Source of the DNA: a virus
Taxonomy: Duplodnaviria > Caudoviricetes
Direction: 5' to 3' (one strand)
Length of the DNA: 50,558 nt
IMG/VR virus record: IMGVR_UViG_3300037360_000100
Coordinates: 1 to 50,558 of that record
Below are positions 7,941 through 17,171 of the stretch, piece after piece; the stretch's first letter is position 1; each line of letters begins with the position of its first letter. The notes under the pieces are model-generated. The model ran no database searches and was not told the DNA's origin. It saw only the letters and a program-made list of their open reading frames with translations. A program made the position numbers and the translations under genes.

Positions 7941-9308
7941 TTACACCAACACCGTAACGTTGACCGGGTCAACGAAGTTAATTGCGCCTGCGAGCATGAA
8001 GGTCACAGACACATCGGGGAAGTTTCTGGCGGCCTTGTCTGCGGCGGAAACGTCGGCCACAGCCGGGACGGTCACAACCGGAACAGGGTCCGAGGCAATC
8101 AGGCCGTTTTTGATGCCCTGCAGGTTTACGATCCGCAGAGGACCGACGATCGCGCGCTGGACGCCCGCGTCCGTGTAAGGGATCTTGCCGGGGGCTGCTG
8201 CCAGCATCTGGCCGACGATTGCACGCTGCGCGGTCGCGTACCACCAGTCGAGCCCGCGAACGGTATCCGCATACTCGCCGGAAACGGCCTTACCGCCTCC
8301 AAGCACGCGCGCGTCCGTGTCAACCGTCTGGTAGTAGGACACGTTCTTATTCGCCAGGTTGTTGACTTGGCTGGTCGTGAGCTGGTCGCTTGGAATCGCG
8401 CCCGAGACGACCGTGTACTGCCAGTTGTCTGAGCCCGGGGTCTGAGTAAGGTGCACACCGAGGCAACCAGCGGCGAGGGACCCGCTCAGGTTGAGCTCTT
8501 GGTTCCAGAACAGCACTGTTCGGTTGTAGCTGGAGGCCTTCAGTATGTCCGCAACGTCAGAACCGTCTGAGCTGTAGGTCGAGGCAATCACGGCCGTGTC
8601 AGCGCTTTGCGCGACGAACAGGGCGCGCTTGTTGGCCTCAACCCAAGTTGCTGTTGCAACGATCTCGGATTTGCTGAAGCTGTCAATTGCGAGCCCGTAC
8701 CAGCCGGGGTTTGCAGCGTTGACGGCTGCGAGGTCCGTTTCAATACCGGGGTTCGCGGTGTCATCCGACACGGTTAGCCCCGCGGTCATGCCCTTAAACT
8801 CTGCGATAACGCCCGCGGTTTGCGTGCAGGTAACGGCTGTGCCGGACGTGCCCGAGGCGACCACGCCACCCGGTGCGGCTGTGTTGATTGCCGAAGCAAT
8901 GCCCGTGCAGATGGCTGCCAGGTTGTCAGCGACCGTGTAGGTCCAAGTCTTAGAACCGGCCGTGCCAGCAACTGTACCGCCGTACACGTACCCGATGGTC
9001 GTGTTCGTAGGGGTCAGTGTGATCGTTTGTGTTGGCTTGAGTCCACGCTTGCCTACAACTACGCTAGGAGGGCAGGGACTCTGAGATTTGAAAGCCGAGA
9101 CCAGCTTGTACGCGGCGTCGTTGGCCGTGAAGCCGTCCGCGAGCATATCTGATGGTCGATTGTAGGTCCTCTGAACGTCTGGGCCCCAAACGGCAACGAC
9201 GGCGCTCGAAAGCGCGGCCATTACCAGCGGGGTGCCGAAGTTGGCCTTGCTTATGCCCGCCGATTGTAGCGTAATAACGATATTTACGAGGTCACCTAGA
9301 GATGCCAT
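7941..9308 (-). CDS. Tail sheath protein (DUF3383-like)
   Basis: FG.PL, PGS.NW, SGEY.D.VRG.DW, KIPYTD.G, LAGAI motifs; indicates a contractile tail. Confidence 0.9.
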   Translation of the reverse strand: MASLGDLVNIVITLQSAGISKANFGTPLVMAALSSAVVAVWGPDVQRTYNRPSDMLADGFTANDAAYKLVSAFKSQSPCPPSVVVGKRGLKPTQTITLTPTNTTIGYVYGGTVAGTAGSKTWTYTVADNLAAICTGIASAINTAAPGGVVASGTSGTAVTCTQTAGVIAEFKGMTAGLTVSDDTANPGIETDLAAVNAANPGWYGLAIDSFSKSEIVATATWVEANKRALFVAQSADTAVIASTYSSDGSDVADILKASSYNRTVLFWNQELNLSGSLAAGCLGVHLTQTPGSDNWQYTVVSGAIPSDQLTTSQVNNLANKNVSYYQTVDTDARVLGGGKAVSGEYADTVRGLDWWYATAQRAIVGQMLAAAPGKIPYTDAGVQRAIVGPLRIVNLQGIKNGLIASDPVPVVTVPAVADVSAADKAARNFPDVSVTFMLAGAINFVDPVNVTVLV

Positions 9309-9316
9309 GGTCCTTA

Positions 9317-9955
9317 CTACGGGGCCGTTATTGGGCCTGTGATCGGCCCTCCCGTTACGGCGCTATCGTGTGCAGTCAGTCCGCCCGCAACCGTCTCAAT
9401 CGTGCCCGTGTCTAGGGCGCCGTTTACGGTGTAGGCGAAATTGAGGTTTATGTCCAAGGTTCCGATCGAAGCCTCGCGGTCGTCTATGGGTGCGTCGTGA
9501 GATAGCACGTCCCCTGTATTTATGACAGACAAGCCGAGCCCGCGCAAGTACTGGTGAGCCGCTTCGGTCCAGATGTTTGACTGGATGTTCGAAAGGTACC
9601 AGATTGACCAGGAAACGTCGGTGCTTTCCAAACTCTTAACCTGAACCTGCAGTGTGGCCTTACCAAAGACCCGCTGGTCGAGCTGCAGGTTAGTGACAGG
9701 CACTCCGCCGACCGTGCGCGTAACTGGGCGCCAGGTGTTGCCGGTCTTGGACGTAAGCCGGATTTTGGTCCAACGCAGGTAGATGCCGGCCATTGTCTCA
9801 GGCGAGATGAAAGGGACCTGCCGGTTAAACCAGCAAACCACACCCGCCTGATACTGGGTGGTCATGTCCTCGCTCGGCAAGCTTCCGAAAAGCTCGACGA
9901 TGCTCGGCGCGATGGTTCCCCAGTAGTTGCTCAACGAAAGCCCCCCAGCGCGCAA
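9317..9955 (-). CDS. Tail terminator / neck protein
   Basis: Directly upstream of sheath; the real start may be TTG 9934. Confidence 0.62.
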   Translation of the reverse strand: MRAGGLSLSNYWGTIAPSIVELFGSLPSEDMTTQYQAGVVCWFNRQVPFISPETMAGIYLRWTKIRLTSKTGNTWRPVTRTVGGVPVTNLQLDQRVFGKATLQVQVKSLESTDVSWSIWYLSNIQSNIWTEAAHQYLRGLGLSVINTGDVLSHDAPIDDREASIGTLDINLNFAYTVNGALDTGTIETVAGGLTAHDSAVTGGPITGPITAP

Positions 9956-9968
9956 ATCAGAGCATCTT

Positions 9969-10694
9969 TCATATTACCTCTACCTTACTCCGAATTGAGC
10001 TCCTGAGCTGCCCAGTAAGTATCAAGGGGATTTCTTTTTGGCCTACCCCAACACTGGCTTTGTACTTCAGCGTAGCGGGCGCCAAGGGCAAGGGCGGAAT
10101 CCCAGCCGAAATGCGTTCTTGCATAACACCCACAACATAAAGGCCGAAGCGTGCCAGCTGCCTTTCCGGTCCCATACCGCCGGGCTTGGCCGCTTCGTGC
10201 ATGGCATTGGTGAGCTTGGCGTTAAGTTCGGCTTCGTTTTCGTCCACAGCTCCGGCCACGAAGGACCTTTGTGGAACCCCGAGGCCGAATTCGTGGAATT
10301 CTGCTACCTCGACCAGGGTCAGAGCCGAACCAGCTGGGCTGTGGTGCTCCGCGCCAAAGTTCTTGGCACGTTCTTGCATAAACGCGTGATATTCCTTGGC
10401 CCTTTCGATTTTAGCCGAAAGCTTCTCGCGGGTTTTTGCTTTCGCCTTAGGATCTAGAATCGCTTTGGATAGACGCGTGCGCAGGCTCTTAAGCGACCGA
10501 GCCGCTGAATTTACATCGCGTGTGCGGGACTTCAGTTCAGCCGCGTGCGCTTTTCTGCCCGCGATGGCGCCAGGCGTTTCCTTCTGCTCGCCACCCTCTT
10601 CTGCGTGCACACCTACGGTCACGCGGGCGTTGTGTTCAAACTTGCGCTTGTGCGCGGCCAGACCGTTGTCGTGGTCTGAGATCTTGACGGTCAC
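9969..10694 (-). CDS. Neck / tail-completion protein with a basic helical insertion
   Basis: VTVGV ... A.FHEFG..VP.RSF ... PLAP.T..K ... PLI.TGQLR.SI motifs. Confidence 0.8.
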   Translation of the reverse strand: MTVKISDHDNGLAAHKRKFEHNARVTVGVHAEEGGEQKETPGAIAGRKAHAAELKSRTRDVNSAARSLKSLRTRLSKAILDPKAKAKTREKLSAKIERAKEYHAFMQERAKNFGAEHHSPAGSALTLVEVAEFHEFGLGVPQRSFVAGAVDENEAELNAKLTNAMHEAAKPGGMGPERQLARFGLYVVGVMQERISAGIPPLPLAPATLKYKASVGVGQKEIPLILTGQLRSSIRSKVEVI

Positions 10695-10984
10695 AGCACG
10701 CCAAAGGCGTGGCAGAAACCCGAGCGAATCTCGAGGAGCCGCGCGCTATAGGTGGTTGTACCGTCCTTGTTCACCATGCGGCTCGATACGCCCGCAGGGC
10801 TGGTCGCGATCAAGTGCGCCGCCAGGTTTGCGTGCGCCTCGTCGTAGCCCAGGCCCAGTTCAGTCAGGCTCAAACGGTGCGCGGCCATGTCAAGGTAGCC
10901 CTGTGTGGTCACGTCCGGGACCAAGCGGAACTCTTGGAACATGTCCCGGAAGGTGTTCGCTTGACCGATGGCGCCTAGAAGCAT
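10691..10984 (-). CDS. Head-tail adaptor (DUF4054-like)
   Basis: FR.MF.EF..VPD, LAAHL, T.Y motifs; after the capsid gene. Confidence 0.72.
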   Translation of the reverse strand: MLLGAIGQANTFRDMFQEFRLVPDVTTQGYLDMAAHRLSLTELGLGYDEAHANLAAHLIATSPAGVSSRMVNKDGTTTYSARLLEIRSGFCHAFGVL

Positions 10985-10987
10985 GGG

Positions 10988-11242
10988 CTACTCCACAAAA
11001 AAGACGATTTTGCCTTCGGTCCTCAGCTTCTCGACCGCAACCGACTGGTCGTGTGTGAAGCGGTCAAATGGGTAGTTGGCCTGCTCATTTGGGTTCAGTG
11101 TGCGGGTAAAGGTCAGCCCGGTGTGCAGTCGCTCGACCTTAAGCCAACCGGCGGCTTCAAGAATCGCTTCAAGCTGCTCTTGAGCCGGCGTGATTGGAAC
11201 CGTGACGGGTGTGTCACTTACGTTAACAATGCGTACGCGCAT
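10988..11242 (-). CDS. Hypothetical protein after major capsid
   Basis: GAGG RBS before ATG 11242; 84 aa. Confidence 0.6.
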   Translation of the reverse strand: MRVRIVNVSDTPVTVPITPAQEQLEAILEAAGWLKVERLHTGLTFTRTLNPNEQANYPFDRFTHDQSVAVEKLRTEGKIVFFVE

Positions 11243-11256
11243 AGGGTACCTCAAGC

Positions 11257-11282
11257 AAAACCGGCGAGCCTGAGCCCGCCGG
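11257..11282 (-). terminator. Intrinsic terminator downstream of the major capsid gene
   Basis: Minus strand ccggcgggc-tcag-gctcgccgg followed by TTTT. Confidence 0.55.
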
Positions 11283-11307
11283 AACCGGATCATATAGACA
11301 CGGCGTG

Positions 11308-11345
11308 GAAAGTGAAGGGCTAGCCGATTTCAAGTCGGCCAGCCC
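11308..11345 (-). terminator. Hairpin/terminator immediately after the major capsid stop
   Basis: Minus strand gggctggccga-cttgaaa-tcggctagccc followed by ttcacttt. Confidence 0.55.
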
Positions 11346-11353
11346 TCAGTCTG

Positions 11354-12445
11354 TTAGGTGGTCGCTTGTGACATGTCCACATAAACCATTGCGGGTTCAC
11401 GATAGATTTTCACTGCGCCGACTAGCGAGCGGCAGGGTATGACGTAGCTCATGCCCTCGACCTGCGCGGGGAAAGTCTCGAAATCCATAGGATTTACGGA
11501 CTCCAAAATGTCCCGGTTCCTGCTGTAGCAGATGATCCGGTCCGTGTTCCCGCCTGTGCCTGCGTTGTCGAGGTAGATCCACTGGTCAACCTCGGTAATG
11601 TAGGGGTTATTGTCCAGGAAATACTTCAGTACGGTCACGGGGCTGGCTGAGCTCATCTTGGTCGTTGCGGCCAAGTTGTAGAGGAAAGTGGACAGCAACA
11701 TTGTCTTGGGCGCGAAGATGGTCTTGGTGTTGTAGTTGACCGCTTGCGCAATCAGAGCCAAGTCACCGGCCATTTGCTCTGGGGTCGTTGCAACCGCTCG
11801 CCAAGGGTGCATGGCTGAGTCAATGGTGTTCGTGCCGTCGTACAGCACGGTAGCGCCGGTTCCGACGTTCGGGTGGTTCACGAAACCGCCCAAGTTCCCG
11901 GTCGTCTGGATATCGCCAGTCAGTTTGCCGGTATCGTCGCGCGTCTGTAGGACGCCCGTGCGAGTGACCTCGTCAACGTCGCGCGCGAGTGTGTCGCGAG
12001 CCGCTTCGGCTTTCATCGACGGAATGTCCATTTGCAGCCGCGCCGCCAGACGTAGCTCGTCGATTTCCCAGCCGTAAGACCCTTCAAGCGAGTAGACGTA
12101 GCCTATGCGCTCCTTGGTCTTGATGTTGTCAACGCGCGGGAGGGGCCCTTTGCTCTTGCCGTTCTGCAGACGGCTTTGGCCGGCTGTGTCGCGGGCGTAG
12201 TAGATATACGGGCCGGTAAGCGCGGGAATGTCCGTCGCCTTGGGAATGAAGGTCGCGCACCGGTTTTCCGGATACATTCGCTTCATGATCTTGCTTCGGA
12301 CCGTCTGAATTTGGCGCAGTGTGAACAAGGTGGCAGCACCTAGATCGTCCGCGTCAATTCGTTGCTGCGAGCCCGAAGTACCAAGCATTTCAGCGAGGCG
12401 CATTGCCTCAAAGTTGCCGTCAAGTCTGGAATCTGAAAAGAACAT
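11354..12445 (-). CDS. Major capsid protein (DUF2184-like, HK97 fold)
   Basis: YP......IP, LPRVD, YGW.I.EL..A, K..AAR, GF.NHPN, P.T.LL, TVL.YF..NNP, G.V.IY.. motifs; follows the decoration gene. Confidence 0.9.
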   Translation of the reverse strand: MFFSDSRLDGNFEAMRLAEMLGTSGSQQRIDADDLGAATLFTLRQIQTVRSKIMKRMYPENRCATFIPKATDIPALTGPYIYYARDTAGQSRLQNGKSKGPLPRVDNIKTKERIGYVYSLEGSYGWEIDELRLAARLQMDIPSMKAEAARDTLARDVDEVTRTGVLQTRDDTGKLTGDIQTTGNLGGFVNHPNVGTGATVLYDGTNTIDSAMHPWRAVATTPEQMAGDLALIAQAVNYNTKTIFAPKTMLLSTFLYNLAATTKMSSASPVTVLKYFLDNNPYITEVDQWIYLDNAGTGGNTDRIICYSRNRDILESVNPMDFETFPAQVEGMSYVIPCRSLVGAVKIYREPAMVYVDMSQATT

Positions 12446-12458
12446 TTCTGAATACCCC

Positions 12459-13040
12459 TTACGCGCCAGTGGGACCAGTTGGACCGGTCGGGCCAGAAAG
12501 GCCTGCGCCTGCGGTGCGGTTAACTTCGAGCTCGGTCAACTGACCGGCACTTGCCCAGGTCGTGCGGAAAAGCAGCCCAGGAACTAGGACGTTCTTACCC
12601 GCGTCGCTTGAGTTGCTGAACGTGCCAAGCCGATCGCCGGGGGCGGTCGTGGTCGTGTAACGGACGTAGACGGGGTCTAGGTCGTTGACGGTGGTTTCGG
12701 GTCGAACCCAGATTCGGCCGTGTGCAAGGATGTTGACGAACTGGCCCACAGGGACGCCGATCGTGGGGTCGTTGGCGACGAATGAGCCAATGACGTTGTC
12801 GTCAAATTCGGACACACCAGCCATGCGCAGAGCTTCGGCCGACGTGGTCGGGAGCTTGGCAATCTTGGGGGTTGCGGCTGCCGAGCAAACGGCGCGGCCG
12901 AACGGAATCACGACGCTGGCAACTTTGTCGCCAATTTCGAGTCCGTCGGTGGAAGTCTGAAAGTCTACGACCTTGCCTTCGAACGCAACGGGCGGTCGAA
13001 AGTCAAAGGTGGACTGAACTGATTCGTTCGCTATGGTCAC
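12459..13040 (-). CDS. Head decoration / cement protein with a short collagen-like GPT tail
   Basis: IPFGRAV, G.IWV, PVYVR motifs; between scaffold and capsid; C-terminal GPTGPTGPTG. Confidence 0.8.
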   Translation of the reverse strand: MTIANESVQSTFDFRPPVAFEGKVVDFQTSTDGLEIGDKVASVVIPFGRAVCSAAATPKIAKLPTTSAEALRMAGVSEFDDNVIGSFVANDPTIGVPVGQFVNILAHGRIWVRPETTVNDLDPVYVRYTTTTAPGDRLGTFSNSSDAGKNVLVPGLLFRTTWASAGQLTELEVNRTAGAGLSGPTGPTGPTGA

Positions 13041-13041
13041 G

Positions 13042-14355
13042 TTATTTTCCCTTGCTCATTGCGAGCGGAGTCTTGTGTTGGTTGGCGCGAGCTTCCTCGG
13101 CATCCTTCTCGTCCTTGCGGGCCGCTTCGTCCAGGCTGTCCAGGTTGACGCCCGCGAAAGCATTCGCGAAGTTCGAGATTGTCTTGGACGCGCTGGCCGT
13201 TTCCAGGCAGGCGTCGAATCGAGCCGAGACGTAGTCGTCAGACTTGCCGTCCAGCTTCGCGCTGGGGTGTACTTTAGCAATCACCAGGGCTTGGATTTCG
13301 CGCTCGGTCTTGCCGTCGAATTTCGCGTCGGCTCCGAGGACCTTTGCGGCCGAAACCACAAGGGCAACGCGGTTCTCGACTGCGGAATCAATGCGCGCGG
13401 GGTCAAGTGCGGCTTTGAGGTCCGTGGTCAACTTGGTGACATCCGCGGTGCTGGAATCAAGCTTGGCTTGAAGCGTATCGCATTCGGTCGTGGCTGTTTT
13501 CAATGCAACAGCGTTCCCATCTAGGCGGGCCTGCATTGCATTGACGTGGACCTCGGAACCGAATTCGAATTCCTGGCCGTCAAATCTAGTTTTCATTCTT
13601 GCTGGTTGCTCCAAAATGGGTTCGGCGGTTTGCACGTCTATTGTTGCATACAAGCCGTCCAGGCGCAAGGCCACATCACCACCGGCGCGCCCCCAGCCCC
13701 TCGGGCCCATGCCCACATGGTTGTAGATAATTCCACGCTGGATGCAATCGAACTTTTCGTCCTGGTAGACGCCTGAACGCATTTCTGTGTGACACTTGTA
13801 CCCACAGGACAGCTCTTGGCCCTCGCCTGAATCCACCTTGGCAAGGCCGTCCGAGCGCTTGATTATCAGTTCACCGGACACGAGTCGCACCCCATCGCCT
13901 TTTGGTGTGCCCGATATGTGACCGATCTCATGTTCCCGAATGTTGGCCGGCGTGACCATGGCCGGGTGACCCCAGACCACAGGCGCGTCCCGCAGGCTAT
14001 CGAGGCTGTCTTGGGCGAAGACCTCTTCGGGCAACCGGAGCTCGCGCCGGGTTGTGCCGTCCGGGTTCGTGTACTTGAACACGCCCGTGCGCGTGAGGTT
14101 TGCGGGCATGCGCGCGAAGCCCTGAGACGTCCGAGAAACCTTGGCGCCGGCGAGCCGACTGAAGTCATAACGCTGCTCGGGCTCGCCGTAGGACTCCGCG
14201 CCGCCGTCGAAACGAAGGCCCTCAGCATTGCCGCCGTCGCCTCGCGCCATGCGTTCAGCGATCGCGACGGCTTGCTCTTGTGGGTGGCCCGCTTTAATTA
14301 GCTCGGCCACATTTTCGGATATGACCTCAGCCGATTTTCCTGTCTTCAGAGGCAT
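13042..14355 (-). CDS. DUF2213 prohead protease / scaffold fusion
   Basis: TRTGVF.Y, ELR..EEVF..DSL, ELSCGY, QR.I.YNHV, GRAG..V.LRLD, then a coiled-coil scaffold with SDDYV.ARFD. Confidence 0.88.
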   Translation of the reverse strand: MPLKTGKSAEVISENVAELIKAGHPQEQAVAIAERMARGDGGNAEGLRFDGGAESYGEPEQRYDFSRLAGAKVSRTSQGFARMPANLTRTGVFKYTNPDGTTRRELRLPEEVFAQDSLDSLRDAPVVWGHPAMVTPANIREHEIGHISGTPKGDGVRLVSGELIIKRSDGLAKVDSGEGQELSCGYKCHTEMRSGVYQDEKFDCIQRGIIYNHVGMGPRGWGRAGGDVALRLDGLYATIDVQTAEPILEQPARMKTRFDGQEFEFGSEVHVNAMQARLDGNAVALKTATTECDTLQAKLDSSTADVTKLTTDLKAALDPARIDSAVENRVALVVSAAKVLGADAKFDGKTEREIQALVIAKVHPSAKLDGKSDDYVSARFDACLETASASKTISNFANAFAGVNLDSLDEAARKDEKDAEEARANQHKTPLAMSKGK

Positions 14356-14361
14356 GGTTAC

Positions 14362-14370
14362 AGCTTAGCA
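14362..14370 (-). promoter_or_regulatory. Extended -10 element TGCTAAGCT, 6 nt before ATG (leaderless start)
   Basis: The same TGCTAnnnT-N5-9-ATG pattern occurs at 16907, 18375, 26024 and 31109. Confidence 0.55.
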
Positions 14371-14386
14371 GCCGGTCGGAGCTGCG

Positions 14387-15589
14387 TCAACCTGCGGTCA
14401 GGAGATCGCTAACGACGTGCGCGCACGTCTGCCACGAGTTTTGGTGGCTGTTGGATGTGTAGTCGATCGTGGTGCTGAAGGTGCCGGTACCGATCGCGGC
14501 GACTGCTGCCGCTATCTCACCCGACCAGTCGGCGATTGCCTGCTCATAGGTGAGGCCGTTGCACCGGACCCGCCCTGCCTCGACTAGCGCATATTGCGCG
14601 ACCCCAAACGTCCCGTCGTCTGCGTAGTTATAGATTTGCTCGTGGTGCTTGTTGTGGGTCGCAAGCATGTACAGGTCTAAATACCCGCACCCCTGATAAC
14701 ACTCGGGCCACACCTGCTCGGCGTCTCCAAGCGCGCCTGTAGCTGGGCGCATGTAGATCGGCTGAGTACCGGCAACCGAATAGCTCTTGGCGATACGCGT
14801 ATCTAGCGCGGCCATCCAAGTTGTTGACCATCCTCCTCCACTAATCCCAACGGCTGCATAGTCCGTAATGCGGCCGAGTGACGCCGCGTAATTAAGACAC
14901 AGCACGGGCATGGTCAAAAAGAATCGGTGAAAGCTCCCAATCGACCGATAGTGCGGCGTGAATTGCGCCAGCCACTCGTGAGCCTCAAGAGTGTACGGAA
15001 ACGGCACGTCACCGGTATCCGCGTGCCAATTGGGCTCAATGCCGACAACACCCGCGTCATAGGCAAACGCTGGCATGGGGTAGACAAATACATCAAATCC
15101 CGCCGCCAATAGCGACGAAATCATGCGCCACTCGCCCGAGCCGATGTTAGTCGGCGCCGCAGTGTGATCGTCGTCTAGCCCGATCGAAAGGTGCCCCGGG
15201 CAGTAGATTACCGCGCGGTTTTTGACCGTGGTTGAAGGGATTAGATGCCAAGCAAATAGGTGCACCTGAATCGCTAGCCCGGTTGTGCTGGTCGCCGGAT
15301 ATGCATACGAGAGTAGGTCCGTACGCCTAAGATTCGTTAACGCCGTCAGCGGGCACGTAACATTACGCGTAACGGTCGAGAACCAATTTGGGATGCCAGC
15401 AAAGCCGAAAATGTAGTAAATCAGCATCGCTCGCCACGCCACAACGTCAGCGGCCGTGCGAACTTTGCGCACGCTATCATCGACCATCCGGCGAGTGTTA
15501 TTCCAGACCGGGGGAGTATTCGGCACCCATCCGGATAGCGTCACACCTTCCCATGGCTGAGGCTGGCGGCGGGACAATAGGTCCAGCAT
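14387..15589 (-). CDS. Alpha/beta-hydrolase fold esterase-like protein
   Basis: IYCPGH, L..AGFDV, nucleophile elbow G-I-S-G-G-G, AALD.RI, C-terminal His (SHQ). Confidence 0.72.
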   Translation of the reverse strand: MLDLLSRRQPQPWEGVTLSGWVPNTPPVWNNTRRMVDDSVRKVRTAADVVAWRAMLIYYIFGFAGIPNWFSTVTRNVTCPLTALTNLRRTDLLSYAYPATSTTGLAIQVHLFAWHLIPSTTVKNRAVIYCPGHLSIGLDDDHTAAPTNIGSGEWRMISSLLAAGFDVFVYPMPAFAYDAGVVGIEPNWHADTGDVPFPYTLEAHEWLAQFTPHYRSIGSFHRFFLTMPVLCLNYAASLGRITDYAAVGISGGGWSTTWMAALDTRIAKSYSVAGTQPIYMRPATGALGDAEQVWPECYQGCGYLDLYMLATHNKHHEQIYNYADDGTFGVAQYALVEAGRVRCNGLTYEQAIADWSGEIAAAVAAIGTGTFSTTIDYTSNSHQNSWQTCAHVVSDLLTAG

Positions 15590-15590
15590 G

Positions 15591-16889
15591 CTAGATCATT
15601 GACGCGAGCTGGGTGTAGAGTTGCTGCGCCTCCAATAGTGGGTTAGCCGTAGCGGGCAATTTAACCCCGAACCGGCGCACCTGCGACGTGCCGGCAACCT
15701 CAAGCCGGTCCACCACGATACTCAACGCAGCACCCGCCATACTTGCGGACGTTCCGGTGGAATCAATCGCATATAACTTACCGTCCGTGTGCAGGCAAAA
15801 CACCGCTGTCTTGCGCGCGCTGGCTGCGACGGTCACCTGCTGGTACGGTATGTTGGTCCCGTCGTATTGGTAGGCGGCCAGCACGGTTCCGGACGGGTAT
15901 ACGATTTGACACACTCGGCTTAGATTGTTCGAGTTTTTTAGATTCATCACGGCTCCACTTGGTGCCGCCGGCGTAGTGATTTGTATCCCGAAAATGAATG
16001 TCCCGAGAACCCCGCCAAATGCGCCCCATTTCGGCGCGCTCACTTGGCTTAGCATTGCCGCCCCGACACAGCGAAGCACGCTCGTGGCCGTCAACACATC
16101 AATTTCAGCGACGACCGTCCCGCCCGACGTGGTGAGCACTGACGTGCCCTCGCGCGAGGTCCAGCTGGTGACGGCCGCTGGCGTGCCTGCAACACCATGG
16201 TCCGCATCCCAGATTCCACCGGTAGTCCACGTGCCTGCCTGAGGGTAGTCCGGATTGACCGCGATTGCCTCAAAATAGTTGGTGATCCAGCTACATCTAG
16301 CGGTACAGGCTACGGCGGCCGGGCGTGTGATTTTGATCGTGAATCCATTTGTTGATGCGATTGCCGTGATAGTGGCGCCCGCCAGCGGCGTGCCAACAAG
16401 TCTCGATAAATCTGGATTTATCGCACCGAAACTGCAAAACACTACGCCCGCTGTGTTGGTCGCCACGGTCAGGTCTAGGTCAAGATCGATCGACCCGAGC
16501 AAAGAAGGGAGCGCTGTCTCCCAGATGACAGCTCTGATTGAGACGACAGCCTGATAGATTTCGCTGCTTGCCAACCCCGCAGAGGCAAGTGACACAGCGA
16601 GCAGAGTTGTCGACGCATCCGTATTGATAACTACGTCGGATGCGGTTGACCCATTGGGCTGTATTTTGGGCAGCTGAATCGAATCATTAGCGCCCCACGC
16701 GTATTCGGTAGCACTCGTAGCTACGAGGGCTTGCCCGGCGACCGGCGCGGCCGAAGCCACGCCAGAAACCTCACCCGTCGAATTGCGCAGGGCTGACGCA
16801 CCGCCTTGGAGCACCACTTGCACAGGAGTTTGCGCCCTTCCGTCTTGCAGCGCCGTTGCTTCTGCCACGAGTGTAGGTGTATCAGTCAT
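15591..16889 (-). CDS. Putative virion appendage / fibre protein
   Basis: 432 aa, Thr/Ala/Ser-rich and beta-rich; GQALVA.S..EYAW linker; WDA..G....V.SW motif typical of LamG-like C-terminal modules. Confidence 0.5.
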   Translation of the reverse strand: MTDTPTLVAEATALQDGRAQTPVQVVLQGGASALRNSTGEVSGVASAAPVAGQALVATSATEYAWGANDSIQLPKIQPNGSTASDVVINTDASTTLLAVSLASAGLASSEIYQAVVSIRAVIWETALPSLLGSIDLDLDLTVATNTAGVVFCSFGAINPDLSRLVGTPLAGATITAIASTNGFTIKITRPAAVACTARCSWITNYFEAIAVNPDYPQAGTWTTGGIWDADHGVAGTPAAVTSWTSREGTSVLTTSGGTVVAEIDVLTATSVLRCVGAAMLSQVSAPKWGAFGGVLGTFIFGIQITTPAAPSGAVMNLKNSNNLSRVCQIVYPSGTVLAAYQYDGTNIPYQQVTVAASARKTAVFCLHTDGKLYAIDSTGTSASMAGAALSIVVDRLEVAGTSQVRRFGVKLPATANPLLEAQQLYTQLASMI

Positions 16890-16985
16890 GCTGTTCCAAG
16901 TCTAGCAGACGGCCGATCAAAAAGAAAGCCGTCTTTTTGGTCTAAATCGAAAGCTGAGACTCGGCCACGTGTCCGGGCTCTGGAT

Positions 16986-17171
16986 TCATTGCTTGGCCGC
17001 TGTCATTAGGCCCTTGGCGTTGATGCCTGGTAGTGACGCCAAAATCTTGGCGACGATTTCCGCCCAGCGCCAGCCGGTCTCGCTCGCCACGACCTGCATG
17101 ATCGCAGTCGCGTAGGTGATTGCCAGAATGTCGTTAACTGGATTGCTGAGCCAAGTGATAATTGTGTTCAT
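16986..17171 (-). CDS. Small membrane protein, holin-like
   Basis: 61 aa, hydrophobic, basic C-terminus; ATGA-coupled to the peptidase gene. Confidence 0.45.
   Translation of the reverse strand: MNTIITWLSNPVNDILAITYATAIMQVVASETGWRWAEIVAKILASLPGINAKGLMTAAKQ

Noticed and set aside
11354-12445. Encapsulin/bacteriocin
   Set aside because: DUF2184-like HK97-fold gene in a full head-tail operon is the phage major capsid protein.
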